From contig CBFIBS010000012.1 of the NCBI GenBank assembly GCA_965660945.1, positions 23,461-87,460 on the forward strand: 64,000 nt of DNA, given 5' to 3'. The stretch comes from Alphaproteobacteria bacterium. Its GTDB lineage: Bacteria > Pseudomonadota > Alphaproteobacteria > UBA7985. Within the stretch, counting starts at the first letter, position 1, and each line of letters starts with the position of its first letter. The position numbers and the translations under genes are program-made. Under the pieces are notes generated by a model that was not told the origin of the DNA, did not search any database, and saw only the letters and a list, made by a program, of their open reading frames with translations. This document shows, in pieces, positions 18,447 to 28,288 of the stretch.

Positions 18447-18881
18447 ATGTCTTTCTCGCTCAAAACACTCAAAATCGCCGGCGCTGCAGCCGTTGCTTCT
18501 CTCTCGCTCGCCGGGATGAACACAGCTGCCCAGGCCGACGCCCAGCTCTCTGGTCAACTCTCCATCGGTATCCAGGGCTCGAACCCCGAAGAAAACGCGG
18601 CCATCGCCAACGGCCTGTTTCTCTACGCCCTGTTTCAGGGGCTGAATGGTGATACCGCCATGCTGCAGCAGCTTGGCAACGGCAACGCTGCGAGCCTGTC
18701 GCAGGGTGGCTTCGGCAACTTTGGTATCGTCGAACAGAATGGCGATGGTCATACGGCGAGCTTGGATCAATCCGGCAACCAGAATGCCTTCGGCCTGTTC
18801 CAGTTCGGTGAAGGTGCTACCGGCCACGTCAGCCAGTCGGGCAGCGGCCAGTCCGGCCTGCTGTTCCAGTTCGGGTTCTGA
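18447..18881 (+). CDS. Curlin-repeat protein, second paralogue (CsgA/CsgB-like)
   Basis: A signal peptide is followed by repeats such as QLGNGNAASLSQ, QGGFGNFGIVEQ, QSGNQNAFGLFQ and QSGSGQSGLLFQ. Confidence 0.85.
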   Translation: MSFSLKTLKIAGAAAVASLSLAGMNTAAQADAQLSGQLSIGIQGSNPEENAAIANGLFLYALFQGLNGDTAMLQQLGNGNAASLSQGGFGNFGIVEQNGDGHTASLDQSGNQNAFGLFQFGEGATGHVSQSGSGQSGLLFQFGF

Positions 18882-18916
18882 TCCCAAGTTCCAGCCTCAC
18901 CCTCACCCTGGTCTAT

Positions 18917-19170
18917 GGTTGCGTGCTCGATTTGACGCCGCTTCGCGGCTTACAAATCTCCCCCGCGCAGTCAAACGGACAGGCCGCGTTACACGCGGCC
19001 TGACGTCCTTTTGTCCAAAGGTGCGCGACGCTTGGCCCCGCCGCGCGAAGCGCGGTCGGGGACAAGTCGGCGCAACTTCCTTCCTTGGACTCTCAACACG
19101 CGGAGTTCTTCCTGAGCCTGTCGAAGGGCTTTGAGTGTTGTTCCAGCGATGAACTCCAACGCGCTTACAG
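18917..19170. repeat. Dispersed intergenic GC-rich hairpin repeat (REP/MITE-like), copy A
   Basis: It shares two modules with the other copies. One is ggttgcg(t/g)gctcgatttgacgccgcttcgcggcttacaaat, shared with copy B. The other is gcgcgacgcttggccccgccgcgcgaagcgcggtcgggga...gaactccaacgcg, shared with copy C. Confidence 0.7.
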
Positions 19171-19300
19171 GCGCAGCCGTCTTGGGCGCAAAGGTAATGA
19201 GCGCGCCACCTCGGGGATCGGCGCCTTTCTGTCAAAGACGACGCCAGCCACGCCGGTTTCAGACGTGCTCCCACCGGTACTTTGGTCTATTGCACGCCCT

Positions 19301-20215
19301 ATGACGCTCATCCCGACCCAGTCCGTGCTGCGCGCCGACATCCTCTGGGGTGCCGGACTGATGGTAATTTTCAGCCTGCTCGCCCCGGTCCAGGATACGC
19401 TGGTCAAACTGGCCACGGATCATGTCTCCAGTGGCGTCATCGCTTTTTCCCGGTTTTTCATTCAAGCGCTGATCCTCGTGCCGCTAGTCGCGCTGCGCTG
19501 GGGCCCCTCACGCCTGTGGCCCCAGCGTGCGCCGCATCTTCATGCGCTGCGCGGCGTGCTGATGGCGACCCTGACCGTCATGTTCACCATCGCACTTGAG
19601 AGTATGTACGTCGCCGATGCCATCGCGATTTTCTTCGTCGAGCCGATGATCGTCACCCTGCTGGGCGGGTTGATACTGCGTGAGCAAGTGGGCTGGCGGC
19701 GCTACGCCGCCTGTGCGGTCGGCTTCGTCGGCGCTCTGCTGGTGATCCAGCCCAGCTTCGAGGAGCTCGGCTGGGTGGCGTTCTTGCCGCTGGGGGTGGC
19801 GTTGCTGTTCTCGATCTACCTGATCCTGACCCGACAGCTGGCGCAATATGAAGAACCCGTGGCCATGCAGGCCTACACCGGCGTCACGGGACTGGTGTTT
19901 CTCGGCGCGATCCTCATGGTGCTGGATCCGCTGGGCTCAACGACCTTTGCTCTGACCCCGCCCAGCCCCTACGCGCTGATGCTGCTTGGCGGCATGGGGT
20001 TGATTGCGACCTTCAACCACCTGCTGCTGGTGCAGGCCTTCCGGCGTGCGCCGGCGTCGGTGCTGGCGCCGATCCAGTATCTGGAGATTGTCACGGGCGT
20101 GCTGCTGGGTTGGATGATCTGGGCTTACGTGCCCAATGCCCTGAAGTGGACTGGGATCGCCATTATCGTGGCCTCGGGCCTCTACATTGTCTGGCGCGAG
20201 AGCCGCCGCAGTTAG
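19301..20215 (+). CDS. DMT-superfamily (EamA-like) transporter
   Basis: The roughly 305-aa protein is hydrophobic with about ten TM helices and duplicated EamA-like halves. Confidence 0.7.
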   Translation: MTLIPTQSVLRADILWGAGLMVIFSLLAPVQDTLVKLATDHVSSGVIAFSRFFIQALILVPLVALRWGPSRLWPQRAPHLHALRGVLMATLTVMFTIALESMYVADAIAIFFVEPMIVTLLGGLILREQVGWRRYAACAVGFVGALLVIQPSFEELGWVAFLPLGVALLFSIYLILTRQLAQYEEPVAMQAYTGVTGLVFLGAILMVLDPLGSTTFALTPPSPYALMLLGGMGLIATFNHLLLVQAFRRAPASVLAPIQYLEIVTGVLLGWMIWAYVPNALKWTGIAIIVASGLYIVWRESRRS

Positions 20216-20429
20216 GCGGCAACTGAGCCGCCAGCCCGGCACTAAACCGCACCCCCCCACCGACACGCCCACCAACAGGCCCGCCATCTGGCTTGCTTTT
20301 TCGGGCGGCCGGGCAAAGTTGCGTTTCAGGGCTTCCATCTAAGGCCGAAGACCGGCACAGTCAGGTCCTGAGACACCATGCTGGCCACACCAGACAGCCA
20401 GCCAATACAGACCTAAGGGAGAGACGGTC

Positions 20430-21929
20430 ATGCGTCAGGTCCAGCATTTCATCAACGGCGCCCACGTGGCGGGAGCCGGGAAGCGCAAGGGTGACATCTA
20501 CAACCCCAACACCGGCGAAATTCAGGCGCAGGTCGATCTGGCCGACGCCAGCGTGTTGCAGCAGGCCATCGCCGCCGCCGCCGCCGCCCAGCCGGAGTGG
20601 TCCGCCGTGAACCCCCAGCGCCGAGCGCGGGTGATGTTCAAGCTCAAGGAACTGGTCGAGGCTAATGCGAATGAGCTGGCCGAACTGCTCTCCTCGGAGC
20701 ACGGCAAGGTCATCGCGGACGCCCACGGCGACATCCAGCGTGGACTCGAGGTGGTCGAACTCGCCTGCGGCATCCCGCAGATGTCCAAGGGCGAATACAC
20801 CAACGCCGCTGGCCCGGGCATCGACGTCTACTCCATGCGCCAGCCGCTGGGCGTGACGGCGGGGATCACCCCGTTCAACTTTCCGGCCATGATCCCGATG
20901 TGGATGTTCTCGCTGTCGATCGCCATGGGCAACACCTTCATCCTCAAGCCTTCGGAAAAGGACCCCTCCGTGCCGGTCCGGCTCGCCGAGCTGTTCATGG
21001 AAGCGGGCGGCCCGGCCGGCGTGCTCAACGTCGTCCACGGCGACAAGGAAGCGGTCGATGGCCTGCTGCAGGCGCCCGAAGTCCGCGCCATTTCCTTCGT
21101 CGGCTCTTCGGACATCGCCCACTATGTCTACATGAACGGCACCGCCAACGGTAAGCGGATGCAGTGCATGGGCGGGGCCAAGAACCACGGTATCATCATG
21201 CCCGACGCCAATATGGATCAGGCGGTCAAGGATATCGTCGGCGCGGCCTACGGCTCCGCTGGCGAGCGCTGCATGGCGCTGCCGGTGGCTGTCACCGTCG
21301 GCGACCGCACCGGTGACGAATTCGTCGAGCGCATGATCGACGCCGCCCGCGCGCTCAAGGTCGGCGTCTCCACCGACCCCGAGGCCCACTACGGCCCCGT
21401 GATCTCGGAAGTGCACAAGAACAAGGTCGAAGGCATGATCCAGACGGGCGTGGACGAAGGCGCCGACCTGCTGCTCGACGGCCGTGGCCTCAAGCTGCAG
21501 GGCAACGAGGGCGGCTACTTCATCGGTCCGAGCCTGTTCGACAACGTCAAGCCGGGGATGGAAACCTACCACGAGGAGATCTTCGGCCCGGTGCTGCAGG
21601 TCATGCGCGTGGGCACGCTCGAAGAAGCCGCAGCGCTGCCCAGTCAGCACCAATACGGTAACGGTGTCGCCATCTTTACCCAGGACGGCCGGGCTGCGCG
21701 CGAATTCGCCAGCCAGGTCAACGTCGGCATGGTCGGGATCAACGTACCGATCCCGGTGCCGGTCTCCTACCACTCCTTCGGCGGCTGGAAGCGCTCAGCC
21801 TTCGGCGACCATAACCAGTACGGGATGGAGGGCATCCGGTTCTGGAGCCAGGTCAAGACCGTGACCCAGCGCTGGCCGGGCACCGAGAACATCGGCGACC
21901 AGGCCTTCATCATCCCCACCATGAGCTAG
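20430..21929 (+). CDS. mmsA: Methylmalonate-semialdehyde dehydrogenase (CoA-acylating)
   Basis: The 499-aa aldehyde-dehydrogenase fold matches the MmsA pattern (FINGAHV..., catalytic Cys region, GSAGERCMA). It sits in the gene context of mmsA, an acyl-CoA dehydrogenase and mmsB. Confidence 0.9.
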   Translation: MRQVQHFINGAHVAGAGKRKGDIYNPNTGEIQAQVDLADASVLQQAIAAAAAAQPEWSAVNPQRRARVMFKLKELVEANANELAELLSSEHGKVIADAHGDIQRGLEVVELACGIPQMSKGEYTNAAGPGIDVYSMRQPLGVTAGITPFNFPAMIPMWMFSLSIAMGNTFILKPSEKDPSVPVRLAELFMEAGGPAGVLNVVHGDKEAVDGLLQAPEVRAISFVGSSDIAHYVYMNGTANGKRMQCMGGAKNHGIIMPDANMDQAVKDIVGAAYGSAGERCMALPVAVTVGDRTGDEFVERMIDAARALKVGVSTDPEAHYGPVISEVHKNKVEGMIQTGVDEGADLLLDGRGLKLQGNEGGYFIGPSLFDNVKPGMETYHEEIFGPVLQVMRVGTLEEAAALPSQHQYGNGVAIFTQDGRAAREFASQVNVGMVGINVPIPVPVSYHSFGGWKRSAFGDHNQYGMEGIRFWSQVKTVTQRWPGTENIGDQAFIIPTMS

Positions 21930-21967
21930 GCCTACACTGGTCAAGCGGGACAGGCGAAGCAGGCGAG

Positions 21968-23182
21968 GTGGGCGGCACAGTGTCCGGGGATGATGTGGCA
22001 CAGGCGGCGGCCGGGGGACTGTTCCCCCTGAGCGACGAACAGCGGCTGGTGGTCGACACCGCCGCCGCCGTCACCCACGAGCGCCTGCGACCGCACGCCC
22101 GGGACTGGGACCGCGAACGACGCCTGGACCGACCGACGCTGGAGGCGCTTTGCGCGCTTGGCTTCGGCGGCATCTACACCCGGCCTGAATTCGGCGGCTC
22201 TGGCATGGGGCGGCTGGATGCTGTGCTGGTGTTCGAGCAACTGGCCCGGGGCTGCGTTTCGCACGCGGCGTTTCTCTCGATCCACAATATGATCGCCTGG
22301 ATGATCGATCGCTTTGGCGACGACGACCAGCGCGCGCGTTTCGTCCCCGACCTGACGGCGGGTCGGCGCATCGGCTCCTACTGCCTGACCGAGCCCGACC
22401 ACGGCTCGGACGCGGCCAACCTGACCACCTGCGCCCGGCAGGATGGCGCAGATTTCGTGCTCGACGGCGCAAAGGTGTTCATCTCCGGGGCCGGCTTTTC
22501 CGACCTCTACGTGGTAATGGCCCGGTCCGAGGGGCCGGGGTCCGGCGCCGCCGGGATCTCTGCCTTCGTGGTCGAGGCGGACACCGCTGGGCTCAGTTTC
22601 GGGCCAAACGAGCTTAAGATGGGCTGGAACGCCCAACCCACGGCAATGGTTCGCTTCGAGGGCTGCCGGATCCCGGCCGCCAATCGCATCGGTGGCCTGG
22701 GGCAGGGCTTCCGCTTTGCTATGGAGGGGCTCAATGGCGGACGGCTGAACATCGCCGCCTGCTCGCTGGGCGGGGCGCAGGAAGCCTTCGAGCGGGCACT
22801 GCGATACAGCCGCGAGCGAGAGCAGTTCGGGCAGGCCATCGGTGACTTCCAGAACACGGCTTTTAAGCTCGCCGACATGGACACACAGCTCGACGCCTCG
22901 CGCCTGCTGCTGAACGCGGCCGCCCGGGCCTTTGATGCCGCGGGCGAGGGCAGCAGCGCCGACCCCGGTCTGATCGCCCACGCCGCCAAGGCCAAGCGCT
23001 TCGTCACCGACGCCTGCTTCGATGTCGCCAACCAGGCGCTGCAGATCCACGGCGGCTATGGCTATCTCGCGGACTATGAAATCGAGCGCATCGTGCGTGA
23101 CCTGCGCGTGCACCAGATCCTCGAGGGCACCAACGAAATCATGCGGCTGATCATCGCCCGCGCGCTTGACGACCGCCTTTGA
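21968..23182 (+). CDS. Acyl-CoA dehydrogenase (isobutyryl-CoA-dehydrogenase-like)
   Basis: The ACAD fold is present with C-terminal ...ALQIHGGYGYLADYEIERIVRDLRVHQILEGTNEIMRL. The exact start is uncertain. Confidence 0.8.
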   Translation: MGGTVSGDDVAQAAAGGLFPLSDEQRLVVDTAAAVTHERLRPHARDWDRERRLDRPTLEALCALGFGGIYTRPEFGGSGMGRLDAVLVFEQLARGCVSHAAFLSIHNMIAWMIDRFGDDDQRARFVPDLTAGRRIGSYCLTEPDHGSDAANLTTCARQDGADFVLDGAKVFISGAGFSDLYVVMARSEGPGSGAAGISAFVVEADTAGLSFGPNELKMGWNAQPTAMVRFEGCRIPAANRIGGLGQGFRFAMEGLNGGRLNIAACSLGGAQEAFERALRYSREREQFGQAIGDFQNTAFKLADMDTQLDASRLLLNAAARAFDAAGEGSSADPGLIAHAAKAKRFVTDACFDVANQALQIHGGYGYLADYEIERIVRDLRVHQILEGTNEIMRLIIARALDDRL

Positions 23183-23309
23183 GGCCGGACGAGGCGCCTC
23201 AGCCGGAGCAGGCGCAGCCGCAGCCGACGCAGCCGACGCAGCCGCAGTCGACGCAGCCGCAGGCGCAAGGCCAGCTAGATAAGAGCAACAGCTTGAAGGA
23301 GACCATTCC

Positions 23310-24218
23310 ATGACACGCATCGCCTTCATCGGCCTGGGCAACATGGGCTCAGGCATGTGCGCCAACCTTTGCCGGGCAGGCTTTGAGGTCGGTGCCTATG
23401 ACCTGGTGCCCGAAGCCCTCGAGCGTGCAGTGCAGGCGGGCGCTCAGGCGGCGGGGAGTGCGGCCGATGCCGCCGCCGGCACCGACGTGGTGATCTCCAT
23501 GCTGCCCGCAGGCGAGCACGTCCTCGACCTGTACTTTGGTGCTGGTGGGGTTGCAGCGGCGGTCGCAACCCAGTCGGAAGCCGGGTCCGGGACGTTGCTG
23601 ATTGACTGTTCGACCATCGCGGTGGCGCAGGCGCGGGAGGCGATCGAGCGCGCGGCAGCCATGGGGCTGACCATGCTCGACGCCCCGGTCTCAGGCGGGG
23701 TAGCGGCAGCGGCAGCAGGCGGGCTGACCTTCATGGTCGGTGGTTCGACCGAAGGTTTCGCCCGGGCTCAGCCCGTGCTCGCGCCGATGGCCGGGAACAT
23801 CTTCCACGCCGGCGAAGCCGGCAACGGGCAAGCGGCCAAAATCGCCAACAACATGCTGCTCGGGGTGTCCATGATCGCCACCTGCGAGGCCTTTAATCTG
23901 GCTGAATCGCTGGGGCTGGATGCCCAGACCTTCTTCGATATTTCCAGCAAGGCCTCCGGGCAGTGCTGGTCGATGACCACCTACTGCCCGGCCCCCGGAC
24001 CCGTGCCGACCGCGCCGTCGAACCGGGACTATCAGCCGGGGTTCTCGGTGGCCATGATGCTCAAGGATCTGCAGCTGGCCACGGCCGCGGCTGCGGCCAA
24101 TGGCGCGCCGGTCGATTTCGGCCGCGCCGCCGAGCAGGCCTACGCCGCGCTCGCCGCCGATGGCCACGATCAGCGTGATTTCTCGGTGCCGATGCTGGCG
24201 CTCAAGGACGAGCTCTGA
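23310..24218 (+). CDS. mmsB: 3-hydroxyisobutyrate dehydrogenase
   Basis: The N-terminal Rossmann motif IAFIGLGNMGSGM and the 302-aa length fit, and the gene sits next to mmsA. Confidence 0.85.
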   Translation: MTRIAFIGLGNMGSGMCANLCRAGFEVGAYDLVPEALERAVQAGAQAAGSAADAAAGTDVVISMLPAGEHVLDLYFGAGGVAAAVATQSEAGSGTLLIDCSTIAVAQAREAIERAAAMGLTMLDAPVSGGVAAAAAGGLTFMVGGSTEGFARAQPVLAPMAGNIFHAGEAGNGQAAKIANNMLLGVSMIATCEAFNLAESLGLDAQTFFDISSKASGQCWSMTTYCPAPGPVPTAPSNRDYQPGFSVAMMLKDLQLATAAAAANGAPVDFGRAAEQAYAALAADGHDQRDFSVPMLALKDEL

Positions 24219-24404
24219 CCCCCTCGACGGAGCTCGGTACACGGCGCTCACGACTTCGGAGGAAGCCCTCTCTGTTCCAATTGCAACAAGACCGCGGTGC
24301 TGATCACTACCAGCGGCATTGCCAGCGGACGCGGGCTTTGTCAGTGTGGTGAGATGTAAAAAGACTCGAAAATCTCACTTCAAGATCCCCAGGAGGACGC
24401 GTCC

Positions 24405-25613
24405 ATGCTCATGGCGCTTTCAGATAAAGCCAAAGACCTGCAAGAACGCCTTCAAGCCTTCATGGACGAGGTCATCTACCCCGCTGAAGCCACCTTCCAA
24501 GAGCAGCACGCTGCCCAGAGTGATCGCTGGGTTACCCCGACGATCATGGAGGAGCTTAAGACCAAGGCACGGGAGCGCGGGCTCTGGAACCTGTGGCTTC
24601 CGCAGAGCGAGTTCGGCGCTGGGCTCAGCAATTTTGAATACGCACACCTTTGTGAGGAAATGGGCCGCTCCAACCTCGCGCCCGAGGCCTGCAACTGTTC
24701 GGCTCCGGACACGGGAAATATGGAGGTTCTGGTGCGCTACGGTACGCCTGAGCAGCAAGAGCAGTGGCTCAACCCGTTGCTGGCCGGGGAGATACGTTCG
24801 GCCTTCGCGATGACCGAACCGGACGTGGCCTCTGCCGATGCCACCAACATCCAGTCCGACATTCGCCGCGAGGGTGACGAATACGTCATCAACGGCCGCA
24901 AGTGGTGGACCTCCGGCGCGCCTGACCCACGCTGCAAGATTTTCATTTTCATGGGCAAGACCGACGTCACCGCCGAGCGTCATCAGCAGCAGTCGATGAT
25001 TCTGGTGCCGCGCGACGCCCCGGGGGTGACGGTCAAGCGCGCCTTGCACGTCTTCGGCTACGACGATGCCCCCCACGGCCACGCCGAAGTGCTGTTCGAG
25101 AACGTGCGCGTGCCTGCGTCGAACATGCTGCTGGGCGAGGGGCGTGGCTTCGAGATCGCGCAGGGCCGCCTCGGCCCCGGCCGCATCCACCACTGCATGC
25201 GCACCATCGGCCGTGCTGAGCGCGCCTTCGAGGATGCGGTCGCCCGCGCCAAGCAGCGGGTCAACTTCGGCAGCGCCATCGCTGACAAGGGCTCGTTCCG
25301 GGAAAAGCTGGCGGAGATGCGCATCGACATCGACCAGTCCCGCCTGCTGACGCTCCACGCGGCTGCGAAGATGGATGCCGTCGGCAACAAGGCTGCGCGC
25401 AAGGAAATCGCCATGATCAAGGTGGCTGCGCCGCGCATGGCTCAGCGCGTGATCGATTTCGCCATTCAGGTCCACGGCGGCGGCGGGGTCAGCCAGGACT
25501 TCCACCTCGCCGAGAGCTATGCCCAGCTGCGGACGCTGCGACTGGCCGATGGCCCGGACGAGGTGCACCTTGAGTCCGTCGCCAAGATGGAATTGCGCAA
25601 GCAGGGCCGATAG
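24405..25613 (+). CDS. Acyl-CoA dehydrogenase (FadE-like)
   Basis: The 402-aa ACAD has ...[35 protein letters not shown] and a good GGAGG RBS. Confidence 0.85.
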   Translation: MLMALSDKAKDLQERLQAFMDEVIYPAEATFQEQHAAQSDRWVTPTIMEELKTKARERGLWNLWLPQSEFGAGLSNFEYAHLCEEMGRSNLAPEACNCSAPDTGNMEVLVRYGTPEQQEQWLNPLLAGEIRSAFAMTEPDVASADATNIQSDIRREGDEYVINGRKWWTSGAPDPRCKIFIFMGKTDVTAERHQQQSMILVPRDAPGVTVKRALHVFGYDDAPHGHAEVLFENVRVPASNMLLGEGRGFEIAQGRLGPGRIHHCMRTIGRAERAFEDAVARAKQRVNFGSAIADKGSFREKLAEMRIDIDQSRLLTLHAAAKMDAVGNKAARKEIAMIKVAAPRMAQRVIDFAIQVHGGGGVSQDFHLAESYAQLRTLRLADGPDEVHLESVAKMELRKQGR

Positions 25614-25643
25614 GGCCGATAGGACGGAGAGGACTAAGAGCGC

Positions 25644-26318
25644 GTGACCCAAAGGATTTCCCACATGACTTTGCACCATCGTCGTGTCTCTGCTGGTGAG
25701 CCTAGCCGGTCAGCGACACCTGCCCGAATGCGTGGTTTGGTGCGGGCTGCGATGGCAGCGGTTGTTCTGGTGCTGGTGCTGCTCGCGGGTCCCCTGGCGC
25801 GCGCGCACCCGGCCGAGCTGAACAACCGAGTGATGTTCATCGTCACCAGCCTCGAGATCACCGAGGTGCTGGGGGAGGAAGCGCTGGTGGTCGGGGCGGT
25901 TCTCGACAATGGACTGCGCAACCGCCTGACCCTGCGCGGGCTGTCGTCCACTGCCGGGACCAAGACGCGGCTCTATTCGACCAAGAAGGTCTACGGCCAG
26001 GACAACCTGATCGAACGCCGGACCTTTGCCCTGCGCAGCGGGCAGGGGCGGGCGCTGGAGGCGCCGGACTTTGTGCTCGCGGTCACCGGCCTGACCGATG
26101 CGGTGCGGGACGGGGAAGGTTTCGAGATGACCCTGACCTTCAACCGAGCGGTGGGGGAACTGACCCTGCCAGTCACCTTCGAGGTCGATGAGACCGGGGT
26201 TTATGGGTTCGCTGAAATCGACATGGGCGCGCCCAAGGCACTGGCGCAGGACTACGAATGGATCAACCCTGAAGGAGAAGACGGCTCCGCTGCTGACCCG
26301 GCGTCAAACGGTGGTTGA
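25644..26318 (+). CDS. Hypothetical secreted protein
   Basis: A signal-peptide-like hydrophobic segment (AAMAAVVLVLVLLAGPLARA) is present. The start could be the internal ATG at about 25728. No family was recognised. Confidence 0.4.
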   Translation: MTQRISHMTLHHRRVSAGEPSRSATPARMRGLVRAAMAAVVLVLVLLAGPLARAHPAELNNRVMFIVTSLEITEVLGEEALVVGAVLDNGLRNRLTLRGLSSTAGTKTRLYSTKKVYGQDNLIERRTFALRSGQGRALEAPDFVLAVTGLTDAVRDGEGFEMTLTFNRAVGELTLPVTFEVDETGVYGFAEIDMGAPKALAQDYEWINPEGEDGSAADPASNGG

Positions 26319-26548
26319 GGAAGGTCAAAGTGGAGCATTTTGACCGTAGACCTTGCGGGCGGGTGCGGTAAGTTGGGCCCGCCTTAATTTGCTCCCCGGC
26401 GGTCGACAGCCGGACCCGGTTCAAGGGCTTCACAGTGTCAAAGGCTTTGCCACAGAGGCGCTGAACACAGTTAACAACCGCGGCGAGCGAGCCCGACCGA
26501 CACACGCAGCAACCCAACCCGCGAAATTTCCCATCAAGAGGACTACCG

Positions 26549-27310
26549 ATGCTTCCCAATCCCGCCACACTCTTCGACCTCAGCGGTAAGACCGCGTTGG
26601 TGACCGGTGCCGGACGGGGGATCGGCAAGGCGGCAGCCGAAGCCCTTGCCGGTGCTGGTGCCGACGTGACGCTGGTCGCCCGTACCGAAGCAGAAATCGA
26701 GGCTGTGGCCGGTGAAATCCGGGAACAGGGTGGCAAGGCCCGGGCTGTCCCCTCCGACCTCAGTGACCTCGACGCGGTGGCGGGCCTGTCCGCGCACGGG
26801 CCATTCAACATCCTGTTCAACAACGCAGGGATCAATCGACCCCAGACCTTCGCCGAGGTCAGTGAAGAGAACTTCGACGCCATCTTCGGGCTGAACGTGC
26901 GGTCCGCGTTCTTCCTCGCTCAGACGGTGGTGCAGGGATTGCTCGACGTCGGGCAGGGTGGATCGATGATCAATGTCTCGAGCCAGATGGGACACGTGGG
27001 CGGGCGCAACCGCTCGGTTTACTGCGCCTCCAAGCACGCGATGGAAGGATTCACAAAGGCGATGGCGCTGGACCTTGCCGACAAGGGCATCCGGGCAAAC
27101 ACGCTGTGCCCGACGTTCATCCGCACGCCGCTGACTGCCCCATTTCTAGAAGACCCGGCCTTTATGGCCGATACGCTCAGCCGCATTCCGATGGGCCGGG
27201 TGGGGGAGACCGGTGACCTGATCGGTGCCGTGCTGTTTCTCGCCTCCGATGCATCGTCGCTAGTGACTGGGACGGCGATCAAGGTTGATGGTGGCTGGAC
27301 AGCGCAATAG
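26549..27310 (+). CDS. SDR-family oxidoreductase
   Basis: The motif TGAGRGIGKA is followed by a catalytic YxxxK region (YCASKHAMEG). Confidence 0.85.
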   Translation: MLPNPATLFDLSGKTALVTGAGRGIGKAAAEALAGAGADVTLVARTEAEIEAVAGEIREQGGKARAVPSDLSDLDAVAGLSAHGPFNILFNNAGINRPQTFAEVSEENFDAIFGLNVRSAFFLAQTVVQGLLDVGQGGSMINVSSQMGHVGGRNRSVYCASKHAMEGFTKAMALDLADKGIRANTLCPTFIRTPLTAPFLEDPAFMADTLSRIPMGRVGETGDLIGAVLFLASDASSLVTGTAIKVDGGWTAQ

Positions 27311-27370
27311 GGTTGCGGGCTCGATTTGACGCCGCTTCGCGGCTTACAAATTGAGCCCGCGCAAACGACC
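27311..27370. repeat. Dispersed intergenic repeat, copy B (partial)
   Basis: A roughly 45-bp near-identical segment is shared with 18917-18957, including the gccgcttcgcggc palindrome. Confidence 0.7.
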
Positions 27371-27478
27371 CATCGACGCAGCCTAGGTGACTTCCGCGCG
27401 CAGTCGTGGCACACCCTTGATCCCGCGCAGCGGTCACCGCTGCCTTCGCGGCTTTTCCTCAGTTTCAGGGACCTTCGC

Positions 27479-27715
27479 ATGCAGCCCCTTACCTTTATTC
27501 TGATCTGGGTTATCGTCTGGTGGATGATCTGGTTCGCAGTTCTGTCCGTGGGCCTGCGACCAGGCACAGCCGACCCCGAAACCGGTGCCCCCGAGCAGCC
27601 GGCTCTGTGGCGCAAGGCGATCTGGGTGACGCTGGGCTCGCTGGCGTTCACGGCAGTGTTCGTGTGGTTACTTGGGATCTTCGGGCCGCAGCTGCGGGCG
27701 ATGCTCGAAGGCTGA
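27479..27715 (+). CDS. Small two-TM membrane protein (DUF1467-like)
   Basis: The 78-aa product has two hydrophobic helices (LTFILIWVIVWWMIWFAVL and WVTLGSLAFTAVFVWLLGIF). I prefer the internal ATG to the longer GC-rich extension. Confidence 0.45.
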   Translation: MQPLTFILIWVIVWWMIWFAVLSVGLRPGTADPETGAPEQPALWRKAIWVTLGSLAFTAVFVWLLGIFGPQLRAMLEG

Positions 27716-27751
27716 GGCGCGGATGGGCGCTGTCCTTTGTCCAAAAATAAA

Positions 27752-27777
27752 GGCGAGCGGATCGAAATCCACTCGCC
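27752..27777 (+). terminator. Strong hairpin (GGCGAGCGGAT-CGAA-ATCCACTCGCC) downstream of the small membrane protein gene
   Basis: An 11-bp stem with one mismatch and a tetraloop is read from the sequence. There is no U-tract. Confidence 0.3.
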
Positions 27778-28288
27778 CTTAAGGAGACAAAGGAACCTAG
27801 AACCCAGTTCGATGGAAGGCTCTGGCCACCACACCAAAGCGTCAAACCTGGTCCTTAACAGCCTGTTTAGCGCCTGCTGAGCACGCGCTGAAACCCTCTG
27901 TTCGGTACACCAGCTGGTTGGTCCTGCCTTCCTCCCCACAAGCAATGAGCAGAACCCGGCGCGCTGTCTGCCCCGAAGGGCCCGGTCCTGTGAGACCATC
28001 TAGCGCGCAGCCATCCAATTGATGCCCGTCTCCTATGCCTCAGGCACGCATCAGGCGCAAGTCCAAATGTGAAGCTTTTGTGACGAGCCGTGACTTGACG
28101 CGGCACAGCTGTGGGCTTTTTGGGGCAGACGGCTCGGGCGCCCGCTGAGGGATTAGGCGAGGCGTCGTCCTGACCCCGGCACGCGATACACTGTCAGAGG
28201 CTTCGCACCGCCATAAAGCACTGGCCCCGCGCCCCAAGCGCGCCTAAAACGGCCCGGCAACAATCACGCCTCAACGGAGTCCCGGAGC

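Noticed and set aside
27752-27777. tRNA-like T-arm appearance of GGATCGAAATCC
   Set aside because: The loop is a 4-nt tetraloop rather than a 7-nt T-loop, and I could not build an acceptor stem or CCA context. A simple hairpin is more likely.
27019-27999. 326-aa minus-strand ORF spanning the SDR 3' end, the small membrane protein gene and the intergenic region
   Set aside because: It overlaps two better-supported + strand genes and a repeat element, and it has low-complexity Arg/Ser-rich composition.
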